Below are positions 16,568 through 17,568 of a DNA stretch of 17,568 bases, in pieces. The notes beneath the pieces were generated by a model, which saw nothing but the letters and a program-made list of their open reading frames with translations, made no database searches and was not told the origin of the DNA. Source of the stretch: Candidatus Methylomirabilota bacterium (GTDB lineage: Bacteria; Methylomirabilota; Methylomirabilia; Rokubacteriales; CSP1-6); the NCBI GenBank assembly GCA_046726415.1, contig JBKPAK010000094.1, positions 1 through 17,568 on the forward strand. Direction: 5' to 3'. The position numbers and the translations under genes are program-made. Every line of letters begins with the position of its first letter. Positions within the stretch are counted from its first letter, which is position 1.

Positions 16568-17395
16568 CTACACCGAGGGCGCTGCGGTGGGCCAGCGGAC
16601 CACACAGCGTTCGACGGCTGCCACCGCGTGGTAGAAGGCGATGCCGATCAGCGCCGACACGAGGATGGCGGCCCACAGATTGGCCGGCCGCCAGTTGTAG
16701 TACTGGGCGGCATTGATGATGACCACACCCATACCGAACCGACTCCCGACGGGAAGCTCCCCCACGATGGCGCCGACGACGCTGGCCGTCGCCGACAGGC
16801 GGAGCGCGGTGAACAGGTAGGGCAGCGAGGCGGGGAAGCGGAGCTTCACCAGGATCTGCGTGGGAGTCGCGGCCAGGGCGCGCATGAGCGCGAGAGCGTC
16901 CGCGTCGACCGCGCGCAGCCCGCGCAGCATGTTGATCGTGACGGGAAAGAACGTCAGGTACGCCGCGATCACGGCCTTGGAGAACCAGGACGTGCCGAGC
17001 CACACCACGATCATGGGGGCGATGGCGAGGATGGGCACCGTCTGCGAAGCAATGACGTAGGGAAGCACACCCCGCTCGAGCAGTGCGGAGTGCGCAAAGG
17101 CCAAGGCGAGGACGAGCCCGGTGGACGCGCCCAGGGCGAAGCCGACCAGGCTCTCAATGGCGGTGACACCCGCGTTCTGGGCCATGATCCACGCCCAGCG
17201 CTCGCCGCCTGCGCCCTCCCGCACGAAGTCGGCGAAGATCTCGTGCACGTGCGGAAGCTTGTAGGTGGGGAGGGCGAACAGGGCCTTGCCACCCTCCCAG
17301 AGGGCGACGATGAGCCCGATCACGGCAAGCGGTCGGAGGCCGCGGCCGGCCGCCGCTCGCATCCAATCGTAGTCCGGCGAGTTCACCCGGCCCAT
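16568..17395 (-). CDS. NitT/TauT-family ABC permease; start uncertain (17395, 17386 or 17362)
   Basis: SQTVPILAIAP, FFPVTINMLRGL, KLRFPASLPYLF, GAIVGELP. Confidence 0.92.
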   Translation of the reverse strand: MGRVNSPDYDWMRAAAGRGLRPLAVIGLIVALWEGGKALFALPTYKLPHVHEIFADFVREGAGGERWAWIMAQNAGVTAIESLVGFALGASTGLVLALAFAHSALLERGVLPYVIASQTVPILAIAPMIVVWLGTSWFSKAVIAAYLTFFPVTINMLRGLRAVDADALALMRALAATPTQILVKLRFPASLPYLFTALRLSATASVVGAIVGELPVGSRFGMGVVIINAAQYYNWRPANLWAAILVSALIGIAFYHAVAAVERCVVRWPTAAPSV

Positions 17396-17423
17396 TGTAG
17401 CGCCCTCGCCGGGAACCGACGGT

Positions 17424-17568
17424 GCGGACCACCATCCAGCCGGTCAGCCCGATCACCAGCACCACGTTGGCGATGTTCGAGCCAAAGACGGCGAGCACCA
17501 GGAGGGCCAGAAAGAACGTGGGGACCGTGAGCATCCCGTCGGTGAGCCGCATGATCAGCGTCTCGGAG
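17424..17568 (-). pseudogene. Internal fragment of a DppC/OppC-type peptide ABC permease, truncated before the EAA loop; 5' part lies outside the window
   Basis: ETLIMRLTDGMLTVPTFFLALLVLAVFGSNIANVVLVIGLTGWMVV fits the DppC middle helices; resemblance stops abruptly and none of the three frames continues into an EAA motif. Confidence 0.75.

Noticed and set aside
1-17568. CRISPR array, tRNA/rRNA, transposase/integrase, defence genes, alternative genetic code
   Set aside because: No regularly spaced repeats, RNA-gene signatures or such protein motifs were seen by eye; TGA terminates several genes at their expected ends.

Overview
GC-rich (roughly 70% by eye) bacterial chromosomal window of transport and catabolic genes, with no phage, CRISPR, rRNA or tRNA signal. 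Left to right: end of a nucleoside/sugar-type ABC operon (ATPase, permease) coupled to a CoxL/xanthine-dehydrogenase-family molybdoprotein large subunit; a divergent LysR / MFS pair; a divergent amidohydrolase-2 (1-nt frameshift) / TauD-family dioxygenase (in-frame TGA) + SDR; a PQQ-dependent glucose-dehydrogenase-like gene downstream of a TetR regulator; a NitT/TauT-type ABC operon (permease, ATPase, permease, NMT1/THI5-like binding protein) ending in a CodA-like deaminase; and a truncated DppC-like permease at the right edge. Most notable: (1) a multi-hairpin element at 1-150 read in frame inside the ABC ATPase linker, with a degenerate second copy (ATCGAGGAGC-N15/16-GGGCGCGACGAGCG) inside the TetR tail; (2) the CodA homologue has Ser instead of the discriminating Asp (GHDS vs GHDD), pointing to a 5-methylcytosine uptake/deamination module; (3) an in-frame TGA in an otherwise intact TauD gene; (4) several apparently leaderless genes. 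Gene content and repeat style recall Ca. Rokubacteria (Methylomirabilota) assemblies, but that is recollection, not a demonstrated assignment.
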